Assembly: GCF_003918875.1 (NCBI RefSeq)
Contig: NW_025764915.1
Coordinates: 1,798,001 to 1,862,000 of the forward strand
Direction of reading: 5' to 3'
Length of the DNA stretch: 64,000 nucleotides
From: Haliotis rubra
Taxonomy: Eukaryota
Part shown: positions 1 through 17,445 of the stretch, one piece after another
How positions within the stretch are numbered: the first letter of the stretch is position 1
Layout: each line of letters opens with the position of its first letter
Made by a program: the position numbers and the translations under genes
The notes under the pieces: model-generated
Databases searched by the model: none
Seen by the model: only the letters and a program-made list of their open reading frames with translations
Told to the model about the DNA's origin: nothing

Positions 1-315
1 CATATTAGAATTTATGGCTTCTGAATTGGTAACGGACCTGACAGAATCCATACAACATACATACGACATTCAATCCCTCATCTACAAAGTATTACATTCA
101 CCATAGGAATCAGTTTATTCATAACCAGTTAACTAAAAGCGTGAATATCAAAACTTGACTTGAAACACAAGAGCTATCGCATGCAGATGACGTGACGTGA
201 AGCATGTACATGGGCGGCTGGTGAAAGGGGAATGCATCCCTCCACCGTCCCATTGTTCATTTCGAGACTTCAATAAAATGTGCATTTAGCCAATCTGCCA
301 TTCTGGAGACCCTGG

Positions 316-4514
<4,199 letters not shown>

Positions 4515-5026
4515 GGTGATTTGTGTCCGTGGATGTGGCAGTACTGGTGGAATGCATGGCCTACTTACATCGCAGGTCTTTTAACATGCGTTGTAAATAA
4601 AGCAAGCTTTCATGTTCATACCTGCCGAGCGTCTATTTATAGTAACACGGTGATCCCTGTTGCTGCTAGAAATCCTCTGCGCGATGTTTGAGGGCCGTGT
4701 GACAGAAACTGACTGGCTAGTTATGCACTTGTTTTAAAGTCGTTTAATAATCATGAAGTTTTGTGAAAGTGTGTTTTACCTAATTACTAATAAATATTTA
4801 TCTTGAGAAAAAATAATATATTCAAATGAAATGTATGCTAAATTGTGTCTATGGCGAGGTTCCCGCCACCACTGCCATTTTAGGCTTTGTGACATCACAT
4901 ATTCCGGGGGTCACCGCGCATGTGCAATCATTGTGCGGGAAGCACGCCATTTTGCAGGTTCTGAAGTTCGCCTAGGAAAAAGCCGTCGGTAAAATCCATT
5001 GCCATCCTCTACCAGAAAGAGGAACA
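4515..5026. promoter_or_regulatory. Bidirectional promoter/5'UTR region of ZNF367 and SERBP1
   Basis: The divergent ATGs are 512 bp apart. E2F-like TTCCCGCC (4860-4867) and GCGGGAA (~4935); YY1-like CGCCATTTTG (~4945-4954). Confidence 0.6.
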
Positions 5027-8000
5027 ATGGAGAACCAATACGGCATAGCAATTAAAAATCGGTTCCTTACTATGGTAGATATCGATGACGATCCTTTAGA
5101 GTTTTTGAAGCAGCAAGAGGCAGCCAAGACCAAGAAGGAGAAGTCTTCGAAATCCAAACAGTCTGGTAAAAAGGTTGCAAACGCTCCGTCCGAAGGCAAA
5201 GTCAAGGAACAGAATGCACAGAGAAAAGAAGGTTTGGCAACATTTGTGTCTATTTATCATGATTGCATTGTCGGTAAAGATGACAATTGAATAGCATATT
5301 AAACGTTAACGAAACAGACCATGTGGGCGCATACAGATGCGCATTTACAACTTATGTTTTCGGTGATAGTATAACAACATTATTATTTACTAAGAACCAG
5401 GGACACTAAGTAGCCTACGTGTTATTTGTGTTACTAAAAAATCGTCCTTATATGCTGGTGGTTTTGGTATTTGTGTGCAATATTGGATTATCTTTCTGAA
5501 ACGACCTAATATGGTCCATTGACTAGACTTTAGTGTGATCGTCAAGTGTCAAGGACGATAGTAGACCACGTGGGTACAGTTTTGCCTTGACAACAAGACA
5601 AGTAGATGTATGTACCTGTATTAGAACCTTTCATAGATTACAGCCGATTACGGGGTCTCAAAATTCGTAAACATCAGCTGACCGTACTGCATAGGATCGC
5701 AATGTAGAAAGTAGGTAAGAATTCTCTTCGTGGAGCTAACCCACGTGGTGCGTCATGCTCGAATAATCAACACAGTGGAATGCCTATTTGACTATGATGT
5801 TATGTGGTAATTAAACTCTGAAGATATTTCTGCATGGCACGTTAATGTACTCAATCATTATTTATGTAGCTGTTAAATTTATCAACATCAGGTGACTATA
5901 TTGACAATCAGCAAGCTCAGTCAGTGTCCATTATACACCTTGAAGGTGTTATGTTGAATTAAATAAATAATGTAGAATATTTTAAAATTACTCTGGTCAT
6001 TGACAACACTTCGATTTCGAACTTGGAATTACTCAGATTCTTGATTGTCATGTTTCAATGTGTAGTCTGTTTGCAGTGAAAACGTACCGATGAATTTCAT
6101 TTTCACTTTAAACAAAGAAGTAAATCAAATAGAGTGAAATTAAGATTGTGAATCATCATAATTTTACCTTTGCCAACTGAACATCTAAATCTCAGAATTT
6201 TACTCACCTTAGGATAAAAGTTGTTTAACATACGATCATACATTCAAATCGCTATTATTGGTTTGTATTACAAGGGGGTAAGCGCAGTAGTTGTAACAGT
6301 GAAACAAATACATGTGCGGTACGTGATGAGCGTTAACTTAGACCAACTCTACTTGTTGTCGGTGTTTCGTTTAATGTGTATACCCCCTTGTAATACAAAT
6401 CAATAGTAGCGATCGTTTGTTAAACAAGTTTTATCCTAAATTGAATAAAATTCTGAGATATAAATGTTCAGTTGGCAAGGTAAAAATGAGGATTCACAAT
6501 CTTAATTTCACTTTATTCGATTTACTTTTTTGTTTAAATTGATATTCATCGGTAGGTTTTCACTGCGAACAGACTATAGGTATGCTTCATTAGGATGTAA
6601 CGAGTCTTAAATATTTTAAAATCAGTTCCATGATTTTTATGTTCTGAGATATTGATCAAACATAAGGTAAATTTTGTTTTTGGACCTTCATAGTAAATGG
6701 ATATTGTCAACTTTGATCAGGATACTTTTGGCTGTATAACATAACCAGAACCAAAAAAGTAAGTTATGTATTGTGATATGCAGTAAATGTTTGAGGCAGA
6801 ACAGACAATACCAGGAAAATAATTTGTAAGTGTTATTGTTTTTCTAGAAAAGGAGCGAGTGAATTCAGCAAAACCCAGTGAGCGCAGTGGTCGTGGAGGG
6901 CGCCGTGAACCACGGGAAATCCGTGAAAATGATGGAGATAGGAGGCCACCCAGGCGCCAAGGGCCACGAGAATACAGAGACAACCGGGGAGGCGATGAAA
7001 ATGTGCCACCGGAATTCAGGTTACGACGATTACCATTTGCATTATTCAGTCCAATGTCAACCGTTGAGTAGTCAGTGGATCCTTGTTTCAAACTAGTTGC
7101 TAGATTGACAGTGATGCCATTAGGTGTCTTGTGGTAGCTACTGATTTGCCTGTTTATTATTTCCTGATCTGCATCTACAAATTTTCTGAAAGATCTGCCC
7201 AGGGATTTATATGCACCTGGTTAAAGGTACATATATGTCAGTGTTGAGAGTTAGTGTCTTAAAAATAAATTCCCGTATGGAAATGGAAACTTTCCCATTT
7301 CAAGTTAGATGTACTGGACCCTGCATATTTTGAGAATGTATTTTCGTCGTGTAGACTTCTGACCATGAAGGTTTATGTCCCTGAACTCTTTAGAAAAAAA
7401 ACAATAAATAGTATAGTATATAGTAGTATACTATTGTATGGATACAATGGTTTGGTCAAAGCGACAAGTGCTGTATGTTTCACTGACAGGACCAGTATGA
7501 AGAGGCTTTAACCTGAAAAGAAATGTACATCCAGTGTTGAAATATGTGAAAAATTTGTCTTCCCGGTGTTTGATCTAAGAACCTTTGTAGTGTATTTAAT
7601 ATGGGATATAAGAAACAATAGTTATGAGCATCCAATAACATTGGCAGAGTAGATGTGATTAAGTCTGGACTATTGCAACATGAATACACAATGTCATTTA
7701 GAAAGTGGTTAACAGGTTGGGGAGAACCTGAAAACGAGCTATAATAGTTAGATCGAGCTGTAGTAGTTCAGACGAGCTTTAGGCCTATAGGTCGATCGAG
7801 CTATAATAGCACATACATGGAAGAGGCCCTTGCTCCACTCGACTGGAATCGTCTTGCCCATATTTGAAGCTATTTACACCACAAACCCTAGCGTTTTTGA
7901 TATGAGCTGCTAAACTACCTAACCCTATCGACATTTACACTTGGGTGACAAAATAACACACATGAAAACTGAAAATATACCCTACCTCGCGAACAGCTGA

Positions 8001-11000
8001 ACTTGACAATTGCATGACTTCTGATTTGGAGATAGTACTCGTTACACATGTATTTTTTGTTTTCCACTACCGTTAGACGAATAAACAAAAACTATGCGTG
8101 CCCAGTGTGGGACACATGTATCGGTCGCGCGAATTCTGAATCTGGGAATCGTTTTGAAAGAATGCCTTGTGTAATGTTATGTAACATGTTGAATAATATG
8201 TATCAAAATCTTTGTTATGCTAATCAATTATCTGTTTGTATAATGCCTTATTAAAAATGTTTTCCAGGGTTTTACCACTTTGAAAAGAGTCATGGTGACC
8301 CATAGTATTGAACCCACAGTCATTAAAATTTTAGCTCAATATTTGTGTGTATATCAAAAAGCAAGAGTTTTGTAAAGATTTTATTGTTTTGTGTTGTATT
8401 GTCATTTATATGTTAGTCAATAAATAGTATATTTTTCACTGTTCAGTTCAGCCGTAACAAACTCTATTACACTGAACAAATAATCAGGTTTGTGATTTAT
8501 TCACTGTAACATAGTTATTAACATGAATTGAAAGAAAAAACTATCATTGTTTGCTTATCAGATTGATTTTATTGACTCTGAACTGAATTCTGAGAGTCAC
8601 TCATAAAACTTGCGTCAAGCTGGACTCAAATGATAATATTTTGAGTCTTTTACAAAATTGTTACGTCAAGTATGCAGGAATCAACGCTTCATGTTAAACC
8701 CTGGTTTTCATTCCTTAGAAACTGAATTTGTCGGGAAGTTAAACCTTTAAACAACCCGCATCAGGGATTTATGTATATGAGGGTCCAGGGGAGTCAGGCT
8801 TATAATTTTCAGGGGTCCTTGACAACAAAATGGGGGTCCCATACACTTAAATATTATTACTAATACTGTTATTGTATTGTGTACCATGATCAACACTTTA
8901 ATTGTTACAGTAATGAAATTGCAAATGATGCCATAACTCAGCTAGTAGCAAACTCAGTGGTTACTTGATTGGAATTTTTACAGAAGTATTTGGACTTTTT
9001 CTTTGTCTCTGCAGATGCGCGCTAATAAGTTTCGTTGCGTCCATTGTCAATTTTTGTGGGTATAGGACACGTCCCGTAATTCGCGTCCCGTAAATCCCTG
9101 CTGCATTGAATTTTGGGCCAAAATAATCTAAGCCTACACTTTAAAAAATAAACTTTATTGCATCCTTCTATAACAAGTTTGGGTCATTTTTAAAAGTGTG
9201 TGAAATTTAAGGTGGTCCTTTGGTCCCTGGCTAGTAAAAATTTTGTATCGATAGTTAAGTAAATCTACGAATGTTATGTTGGACCAGAGAAGTACAGACA
9301 GAACCACTAATTATTGACCACTCACTGGTCCTGTGGTCTGGTGGGAAATTTTGAAAGATTTCTTTCCCTGTTTTAATAAGCCCTCATAGTTTTAACCCTA
9401 CTGTTTTCCCTTGAAAAGGCAACTATTCATTCGTATTAGAATTCTAAAATTGTGAATGGCTCTAAGGCATTGTCCACATGCTGTGAATTTTAAAGAGTGT
9501 GACATTATTGGCTGGGAGTTTTTTTAAATCTGAAATCATTTTATGATTTGTGGCTTTGTGGTTGCCCTCACGATACCAAGTACATTTTCATGGGTGATAG
9601 TTTAATTTCTAAAGTATACAAGGCTCTTGTTTCTTATAGTTCAAAGGGAGGTTACAGTTACTTTCTTGGTCAGTGTCTCCTTGTGTAATATGATGGATCT
9701 TGGGTAATATAGATACAGATATTTACTTGGATAAGAATGTGCATGTCTGTAAACATGTATTAAATTCATTAAGAATGGTGATGAGTCCCTTTTCGTTACC
9801 AAATGAATTCAGCAATATAGAATTTAGCTTACTTTTTCTGCTCACTGGCAGTTTTGTAATTTATGAAACTGATTGTATCATACCTGACTCAACATGGAAA
9901 TTTGTCTCGACCTCAGGTAGACAAGTTGCTACATCTGTCGACTTTGAAATTGAATTAACATCTTTTCCTAAATTTTCAGAGAAAGTAATCCTGACATATT
10001 CCGTTTACAATTACAGGACATATGACTATTATATCCAATTCATGACTTACGATGCAAGGAGAACTGAATGTACTAGTTAGCTGTTTTTTTGCTTTGATAA
10101 ATAATACAGCCCATACTGCATGTGTCTTGTACATTATTTTTTCAACAAATTGCATGGAAATGTGACTTAAAATTGTCCCTCCATACAATAATTGTACACG
10201 TATATCTAATCTGCAATTTCCTTACAGGGAAAGGCCTGAAGGCAGCAGTGGGTCCTTCAACCGTGAAGGTGGTGAAAGGGGGCGAGGAAGAGGCAGAGGA
10301 AGAGGTGGATTCCGTGGAGGCCGTGGAAGAGGAGGCTTCCGTGATAATGATAGAGAGAGAGGGGAGAGGCAAGGGTTTGGGGCTCCCCAAGGCAAAAGGG
10401 ATTTCGACAGGCACAGTGGTAGTGATAAAACGTATGTTGGTTTCACTGGTGTTGATCACTGACATGCTTAAATGTGATAATCACATTATATATTATTTTG
10501 TGCTGGCATGCTTATGAATTGTCACTGGTCCCATTAATGCCAAATAGGTAAAAGGTAGATAGCTACATGCCCAGTAGAAGTTACGAAGTGTATGTTTTTA
10601 TTTAGAACTCCACCATTTAGTTTTTCCACCATTCCTAATCTATATGCTATGAAATCAGTTTCAACACGGTTCTAAGTACATCAGTTGTCTTGTGGGCATG
10701 GATTCTCAGAACATCTTATTGGGCGGTGTGGTAGCCTAGTGGTTAAAGCGTTCGCTCGTCACGCTGAAGTCCCGGGTTCGATTCCCCACATGGGTAAAAT
10801 GTGTGAAGCCTATTTCTTGTGTCCCCCGCCTTCATATTGCTGGAATATTGCTTAAAACAACGTAAGAACTCAATCACTGAATATCTTGCATACATTTGGC
10901 CAGAGACAAGAGTAGAAATGTAGCCTTGCTTACTGCTAACTATTGTCGCAGCTCCATAACCGTATGTTTAACTTCTTTCAAGTAGTATACATGAAGATCT

Positions 11001-14000
11001 GCAGATGAGTATATTCTTCTGGTCATATGCACAGCTGAACTACACAAGTGTTTAATAAATGCCAATTTCTAGCAGGTATATAGCCTGTCAGATGTGGGCA
11101 ATATGTAATGAAGATTCGTCAGTTTTTCAAATGTCTGCAATTCACCTGCAGAAGTTAAGAATTAGATAATTAAGAATAAAAACTTGAACTCGTCTCGTTT
11201 TTGAAGGAGCAAATGAATAATTTATTCGAGGATTTGAAAGAAAATCATGACGTTCAACAATACTGTTAAACGTTTTTAGTCTTTGGTATTTTCTTTCATA
11301 AACGGACTGTGTTGATAAGATGCTGGAAATTCCGTGCTCTGTTTGTGTTTCTTCTTCCTCGAGTGGTGGTGATAAGCCCAGATAAAAAAAAATTAGCCTG
11401 TAGGCATTTGATAGATGTAGAATTTCATTCCTTGGGTAAATATTGTTACCTCTTTGCAATGTCTAATTTTGCGATTGAAGCAGTACTAAAACAAACTCAC
11501 TGTATCCCTTTTTGCAGGCATATTAGGTATAAACTGTCTACACTGTGATGTCATGTGTAGCTGAAATATGCTGAGATTACACCCACAGTTGCTTTGTTTT
11601 TTTCTAATAACACATGTATTGATGAATTCATTTACTAATGCACAATTGGAGGTCATTTGATGTCCACATGTTCATGGATGAAACTCGCACATGAGATTGG
11701 TCAACATTTTCCCTGACGTATGAACCCATTTAGGTTCAATGTGTGTAGTGTTAAGAGCTAAGCTAGACCAGTAGCAGTGTGCTTGGATCTCTTTCAGTGG
11801 TGTGAAGGCAGTTGAGAAGAAAGATGGAGGTGGTGCCCGCAACTGGGGATCTTACAAGGATGACTTGGCGTAAGTTTGTCAGACACGGAACCCTGCTACA
11901 GGCAACAACCTAACTTGAAAACTATTTGACTAGTATAGCAATACTAATAAAATTGGGATATCTTTCACCAGTTTATAAACTTTGTGCTGGCTTATTGTGA
12001 CATTTGTTTTAAGAAAATAACATCAGAACAGGTTTGGGATTAAGGTGTCACTGGTTCTTGTCTGTTCTTACTATATGGACCCACTAAATTAATGAAACTA
12101 CCCTATCTGTTAGTTTACATCATTTGTGACAGTGCTTTCGTATGCACAGTTAATTATGAGAAATAGTTACAATAGACTTGAATCCTTGTAGAAGTTGCTC
12201 ACTTCAACAGGTACAAAATGTTGATATTTATGTGGAAAAGTTTTGAACTAATCGCATGATGTTGCTCAAGTTTTACTTAACACTCATCCATGTGCTGTGG
12301 TCATTAAATGACATGTCAGTTTGTTTTTGATTTTGTTCACTATCCTGCATGAATTTTCAACATATGGCACTTTGAATTGTGACTTTCTTATGCATTTGTT
12401 ATGTGCATTTATTTGGGCGTTGTTTTTCAGCAATCTTTATCTGTGCACATGTTCAACAGATGACGTCTGAGGTACTTGCTTTGATGGATAGTTTTTAATA
12501 GAAAGAATATTTCCGTTATAGGGAACCTCAGGAGACTGAAGAGAGGGCACCAGCAGAAGAAACCACTGAAAACTTTGAGCTCAAGTAAGTTTGCTGTTAA
12601 ATGACCATTAACCTAGTTGCCAATAAGTGCTGTTCCTCCTGGTAATTGGTGACATCTTGGCTGAATATTCAATTTGATTAAAGTAGCCTGTAAATTAACT
12701 GAAAAGGTCATGATGACTTTACTCTGAATGTATGGGGGGCGGTGGGGTACCCTAGTGGTTAAGGCGTTCGCTCGTCACGCCAAAGACCCGGGTTCGATTC
12801 CCCACATGGGTACAATGTGTGAAGCCTATTTCTGGTGTCCCCCCACAGTGATATTGCTGGAATATTGCTAAAAGCGGCGTAAAACCAAACTCGCTCACTC
12901 ACTGAATTTATGGTGCTGATGCACATTTCTGCCAAGATTATTGCTCGTTCGTACAGGGAAAATGACACCGATTTGCCTGATAGTTTATGACATGAACATT
13001 TTGCTTTCTTGACACAACCATTTTGGTTACGTCAGTCTGCTAGATGGAAACACAAAGATCACCATCACTGCAACAGAGTTGTTCTTTGGCCAACCAAATC
13101 ATGAACTTCAACATGATTGATGAAACATAATAGATGAACCTTTAGAATAGTAACTGGTAGTGTGTTGGCTTCTGGTATAGAATAAGACCCCAGTAAAATG
13201 TTGGTCGTAGGAGGCAACTAAATGCTGTGACTTGACAGATTGCATGTTGTACCCACATGAAGTGGACTGTTGCACACGGATAGAGCACACAATTGTCTGG
13301 CCAAGGCTCCGTTATTTACAGGCTGCTAAAATGCAAAGTGTAGGATTAAATGTCGTTAGTACATGGGTAAAATCAGTGTTGTTAGTATACACTTTTGGCC
13401 TCATTTGGCATTTTGAAAATGTGTTGGGCATGAACTATGGTCCAGGGGGTCAGGTCTGTGTATTAGATATGCATGATAAACCTGCCAAAATAAGCTCATT
13501 GGTTTACCTTTTTCTACAGTGAAAGCGGCGAGGGTGAACAGCCTGCAGGTGAGTCAGAGGACCAACCTAAGCAGATGACTTTGGATGAGTGGAAAGCCCT
13601 GCAGAAGAATGAGCGCAGCAAGCCCAAGTACAAGATCCGAAAGGCTGGCGAGGGTGAGGAGGCTCAGTGGAGCAAGGGCACAGCCTACACCAAGAAGAGG
13701 ACTGGAAGCGAAGATGAAGAGGAGGAGGAAGAAGATGATGAATTTGAGGTTTGGATAAACATTCATCAAATATCAGAACTCATGTTCATTGCCTTCTTGC
13801 CCCTGTGAACAGGAAGTTAGAATTGAGAACCATGCATGACTTCGAAGAGTAGCAGATTAGGTGATCAAGCTTGCAGACTCTTTTTATTCACATTGTTTAG
13901 CTTGGTCAATTGCTGGTTTGGAATACACAAATGCTTTCAGAAAGTGGTCAAATGTAACATTTCTTGTATTTGGGGTTAAACTTTCTGAATGTGTTTCTGA

Positions 14001-14467
14001 GAAAGTGGGATTGCAAGTATGAGAAATGTTACCGGTACTATTGCTGGTTTGTCTTGGTCTAGAATATTACACTGTGCTATCTTAACAGCCTCCTTCCTGC
14101 AGTGTGCAGTGTGGTAGTTGGAACAAGATGTATCCATTCAAATAATCCAAGTTTTGATAACCAATATGGTTATATTAGTTTCAGACAAGTAACTATTTAT
14201 ATTCTTGAACTATTTGCATTTCCTCCAATGTGTTAAGTTCAAATGCTGTTATTTCAGGATGAGAAGAGACATGGTAACAAGAACCTTTTGGACATCAAGA
14301 TAACATTCAACGACCCTGTAAGGAGAGGTCGTGGTGGCAGGAGACCACGAGATGGCCGTGGTAGAGGCCGTGGAGGAAGTGGTCGGGGCGAGAGGAAACC
14401 CCGTGATTCTGCTCCAAGGATGGATGATGAAAATGATTTCCCTCGTCTCGTTAAAACCGAGTCGTGA
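5027..14467 (+). CDS. SERBP1: SERBP1/HABP4 (VIG/PAI-RBP1) family RGG RNA-binding protein, 384 aa
   Basis: Exons 5027-5231, 6848-7019, 10228-10431, 11798-11869, 12522-12584, 13520-13748, 14258-14467; all GT-AG and frame-consistent (1155 nt). Motifs: YGIAIKNRF...DDDPLEFL, RGG boxes, KRDFDRHSGSDKTGVKAVEKKDGGGARNWGS, MTLDEWKA, C-terminal APRMDDENDFPRL. Probably the single invertebrate co-ortholog of SERBP1 and HABP4. Confidence 0.93.
6063..6576. mobile_element. Long-TIR MITE (foldback), terminus related to the Sailor-like element
   Basis: Inverted arms ~6063-6237 and ~6411-6576; terminus TAGTCTGTTTGCAGTGAAAACGTACCGATGAATT; TA on the right flank. Confidence 0.75.
8265..8703. mobile_element. MITE with CAGGGTTT termini and 6-bp TSD
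   Basis: CAGGGTTTTA...TAAACCCTG flanked by GTTTTC on both sides. Confidence 0.6.
8762..9100. mobile_element. MITE with CAGGGATTTA termini
   Basis: CAGGGATTTA...TAAATCCCTG; flanks CCGCAT/CTGCAT; subterminal GGGTCC and CGTCC motifs. Confidence 0.65.
10721..10878 (+). mobile_element. tRNA-derived SINE, family A
   Basis: tRNA(Asp)-like head with A box (TAGCCTAGTGG) and B box (GGTTCGATTCC), shared body, tail GCTGGAATATTGCT...(ACTC)n. Confidence 0.85.
12736..12903 (+). mobile_element. tRNA-derived SINE, family A
   Basis: Near-complete copy, same consensus as 10721-10878. Confidence 0.88.
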
Positions 14468-16640
14468 GAATGGTGCATTGTGAATTGCACCTTATCCTTG
14501 CATTGCACAGTGGTGGAGCTGTCCATTGATGTTTTGATTTCAGTAGTTTGCCAAATCAACATGTCCGATGAAATAATAAGAAAAAAATTGACACCAAAAG
14601 TATCTTCAGACAAGCATTCAGAGACTGCTGCAAGACTAATACAGCAATCATTTCATGCCCACTTTTGCATATGAATATGTACCTCTCTGCATTTTTTCAT
14701 CAACCATTGGAAGGTGTGTATGGGATCTTTGTTATAAACTTCTTGTGATAGTGCGCCAGGACATGGTGCATGTTGATGTACACACCCTTGAGAGCTGCTG
14801 TGGAGTGCTATGTTTCAAGTGCTGTCGTTAAAACTGTGTCCTCAAGACGCCAGTCTTTTTGTTTTGTTACGAAATGAATATATGAATTAAATGGTTCCTG
14901 AAGTGCTAGTAACTGCAGATTGACTTTGATTGTTCAGGGAGACCCTTGATGGATGAACATGACAATGCAGGACACCTACTTGAGATTCTCTCAGGGTTGG
15001 TGGTCAGCCATCGGTGAAGAAACATTTGTAGACAATTGTGATGATATATATTATATTCCCGTTTTCAGTGTAAAATTTTGTGTACATCTTAATAGTTTAT
15101 GGACTAACTTAAGATGTCTTGTGAGAATACGTGGGTATTCCAATGCCCTCATAATACTGTTTTTTGTCCAGAGTACTGGACGGTAGGTGAAAGAAGAAGT
15201 AATGTTAAGATTTGATATACTGAGATTTAAGCTTTCAATATTTTTATACTGCCAAAAATCATTTTGAGACTAGTTTAGCAATTTGTAGTTACAATATACC
15301 CTCAAGCATGTTGAAGTTCCTTGTTTTGGTTTTGTTACATGGTCAAAGAAATTATGTTATTTTAATGTTTTGTTCCTTTTAATTAATGAATCTGTGCATG
15401 TCAATTGGCTTTGATTTCTGTCTGAATCCCGTGAAACTATTCAGACCTCATGGCGAGGCCACAGATAGCTCATTTAGGGTGAATAGTGTGGTCAGGGAAT
15501 CTCTTGTATAAGGTTCCATATGCAAACTGTACATATTTGCAAGCTATCGCACAGCCACACATTCCTTACAAGTGTAATATCTGGCCTAGTATTATCATTG
15601 TACATTAATAACATTAATCTCATCCAACTCAGAAGTCCATTGCTTGGCTGTCATCTGTAATCTGATTTTGTTACTTAGGGGGAAAAGCATTGCCATCCGC
15701 CGGCAAGCAAGTCTGTATGCAGGGGCATGTATCATCGAAGTTGCTATGTACCTTGACTGAGTCAGATTGTCGGCCAAGGTACGAGAGTGTCATGTCGTTG
15801 CTACTGTTTGGTGTTTTCACTGAGAATGCTGGTGAGGGGCAGCAGTTTCTTGGACAGCTATCACTGTAGTTATTTATTTGAAAATAACAACCCATCTTTC
15901 TGGATCATGTTTATTGTTTTCTCTACATGGTTGACTTTCTGATCACACGTGAAGTAGTATTTAGTTTCTTGAAAAAACTTCTTTACCCACAGCAGTTGCA
16001 GCACAACATTTAGATTAAGTCTTTCAAACCTGCCTGATAAATGAAATATTGATCAGGTTGTGCTGTGGAATCAGAATTTTGATCCAGATCAATTATTTGC
16101 TATTTGACATGGAAACCTGAAAACCATTTAATTCACTATTTACTAACTTGTTCAACTAGAGTGAAACATGCACGTTTGATCCAGCAGTCTTAACATAGGT
16201 TCATTGTTCTTCCCATAATAGGTAATGTACACAGTTATGAAAAGATATCATGACTTCAATTTCTTGGTACAGAATGTTTTGGAAACCCACAGCATTGCGG
16301 CAGGTTGAGGTCACTTGGTCAGTCCCCATGACAGACTTGTGTATGAATGAAAAGTTAAAGTGCTCTAGGGTTTGTGATCACGTTAAAATTCTGAAACGAT
16401 GGTCACAAGTGTATGTAGTTTTTCATACATGCCAGAATGTGATCAGCTCCTTGTTTTGTACTTGTGTAGATACGTTGCTCCCAGGCAAGAAGGGGTTATA
16501 GGATGGATGCTATACCGGGAGTAGTAGCGAGACTGCCTGACATCTGTTATGACAGTTTTTTATCCCTAGAAGTCAATACAGCTGATGAGAAGCACAATCA
16601 CCATCTGAAGCCAATATTTATACTGGACAGCAAACACTAA

Positions 16641-17445
16641 ACACCCGCAGGATGTGGGTTAGAATTGATCTTCAGCAACCTATAGTAGTAAGAGGTGACT
16701 AATGAGATCTGATGGTGAGGCTGGTTGCACTCGTGTGCATGGTATCCAAAACTACAGATCGATCTTCATGCTATTGATCACTGGGCTTTCCAGACTCAAT
16801 TATTATACCCCGGCTACGGAGTAACGGGTATATAGCGTTCATTCCGTCCGTCTGTTTGTCCGGAGCATAACTCTTAAAGTTTACATGCTAGGTTCACCAA
16901 ACTTCACACACATGTTAATCATTACCCATTGATGTGCCTTTTGCTATTTTAATTTTTTTCTTCAGAATTTTTGTTGTTTCCATGGAAATATGACTTGGTG
17001 CAAAATGTGTTTGATGGTTACCTGGCCACAGCATATCATCGAAACTATACATGCTAGGTTCACCAAACTTAATACACAAGTTAATCATGACCCACAGATA
17101 TGGCATGTGCTAAAAATAAACGATCTCCATCTACGTCCCCTTCATTGTGTGCAACAAGTCCATTGTATGTCAGGTTTCCACGGAAAACAAAAAATGTTTC
17201 CATAAATGATTACTGTAATCAGTACATGGCAAAACTATTATCTAACATGTATATAAAGTTTAGTAGAGTCAAGGAGAAAGTCTTGTGGGCTGCTGATCCT
17301 TGTCACGTTATATATATCAATATCAGTCATTTCCATGTCCCAAAGTGGGAAGCGGGGGTATGTGAGCTGTGCTCACTTCTACACTTGTTTCCAGACTGCC
17401 ACCTTATAGCTGGAATATTGCCGAGTGCAGCGCTACACAAAGAAA
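16641..17445 (+). mobile_element. SINE family B, split by a Helentron-like insert
   Basis: 5' part 16641-16802 (GGGTTAGAATTGATCTTCAGCAACC...GTAAGAGGTGACTAA); 3' tail ~17390-17445. Confidence 0.7.
16803..17180 (+). mobile_element. Helentron-associated (HINE/DINE-like) non-autonomous element inserted in a SINE
   Basis: TTATACCC...GGGTATA subterminal inverted repeat, TCCG/TCTG microsatellite, CATAACTC motif, ~165-bp internal tandem unit (TACATGCTAGGTTCACCAAACTT at ~16882 and ~17047). Right boundary is approximate. Confidence 0.55.

Noticed and set aside
10122-10517. 131-aa acidic ORF in the ORF track
   Set aside because: It is an alternative frame of SERBP1 exon 3; the RGG frame is the one consistent with the flanking exons.
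10721-10790. tRNA-Asp-like sequences (also at 12736, 21366, 47080, 62097)
   Set aside because: Each continues into a common SINE body and tail and lacks a proper acceptor stem; they are SINE heads, not tRNA genes.
12705-12730. C box (ATGATGA) and D box (CTGA) motifs in SERBP1 intron 5
   Set aside because: The two boxes are under 10 nt apart with no terminal stem, too short for a C/D snoRNA.
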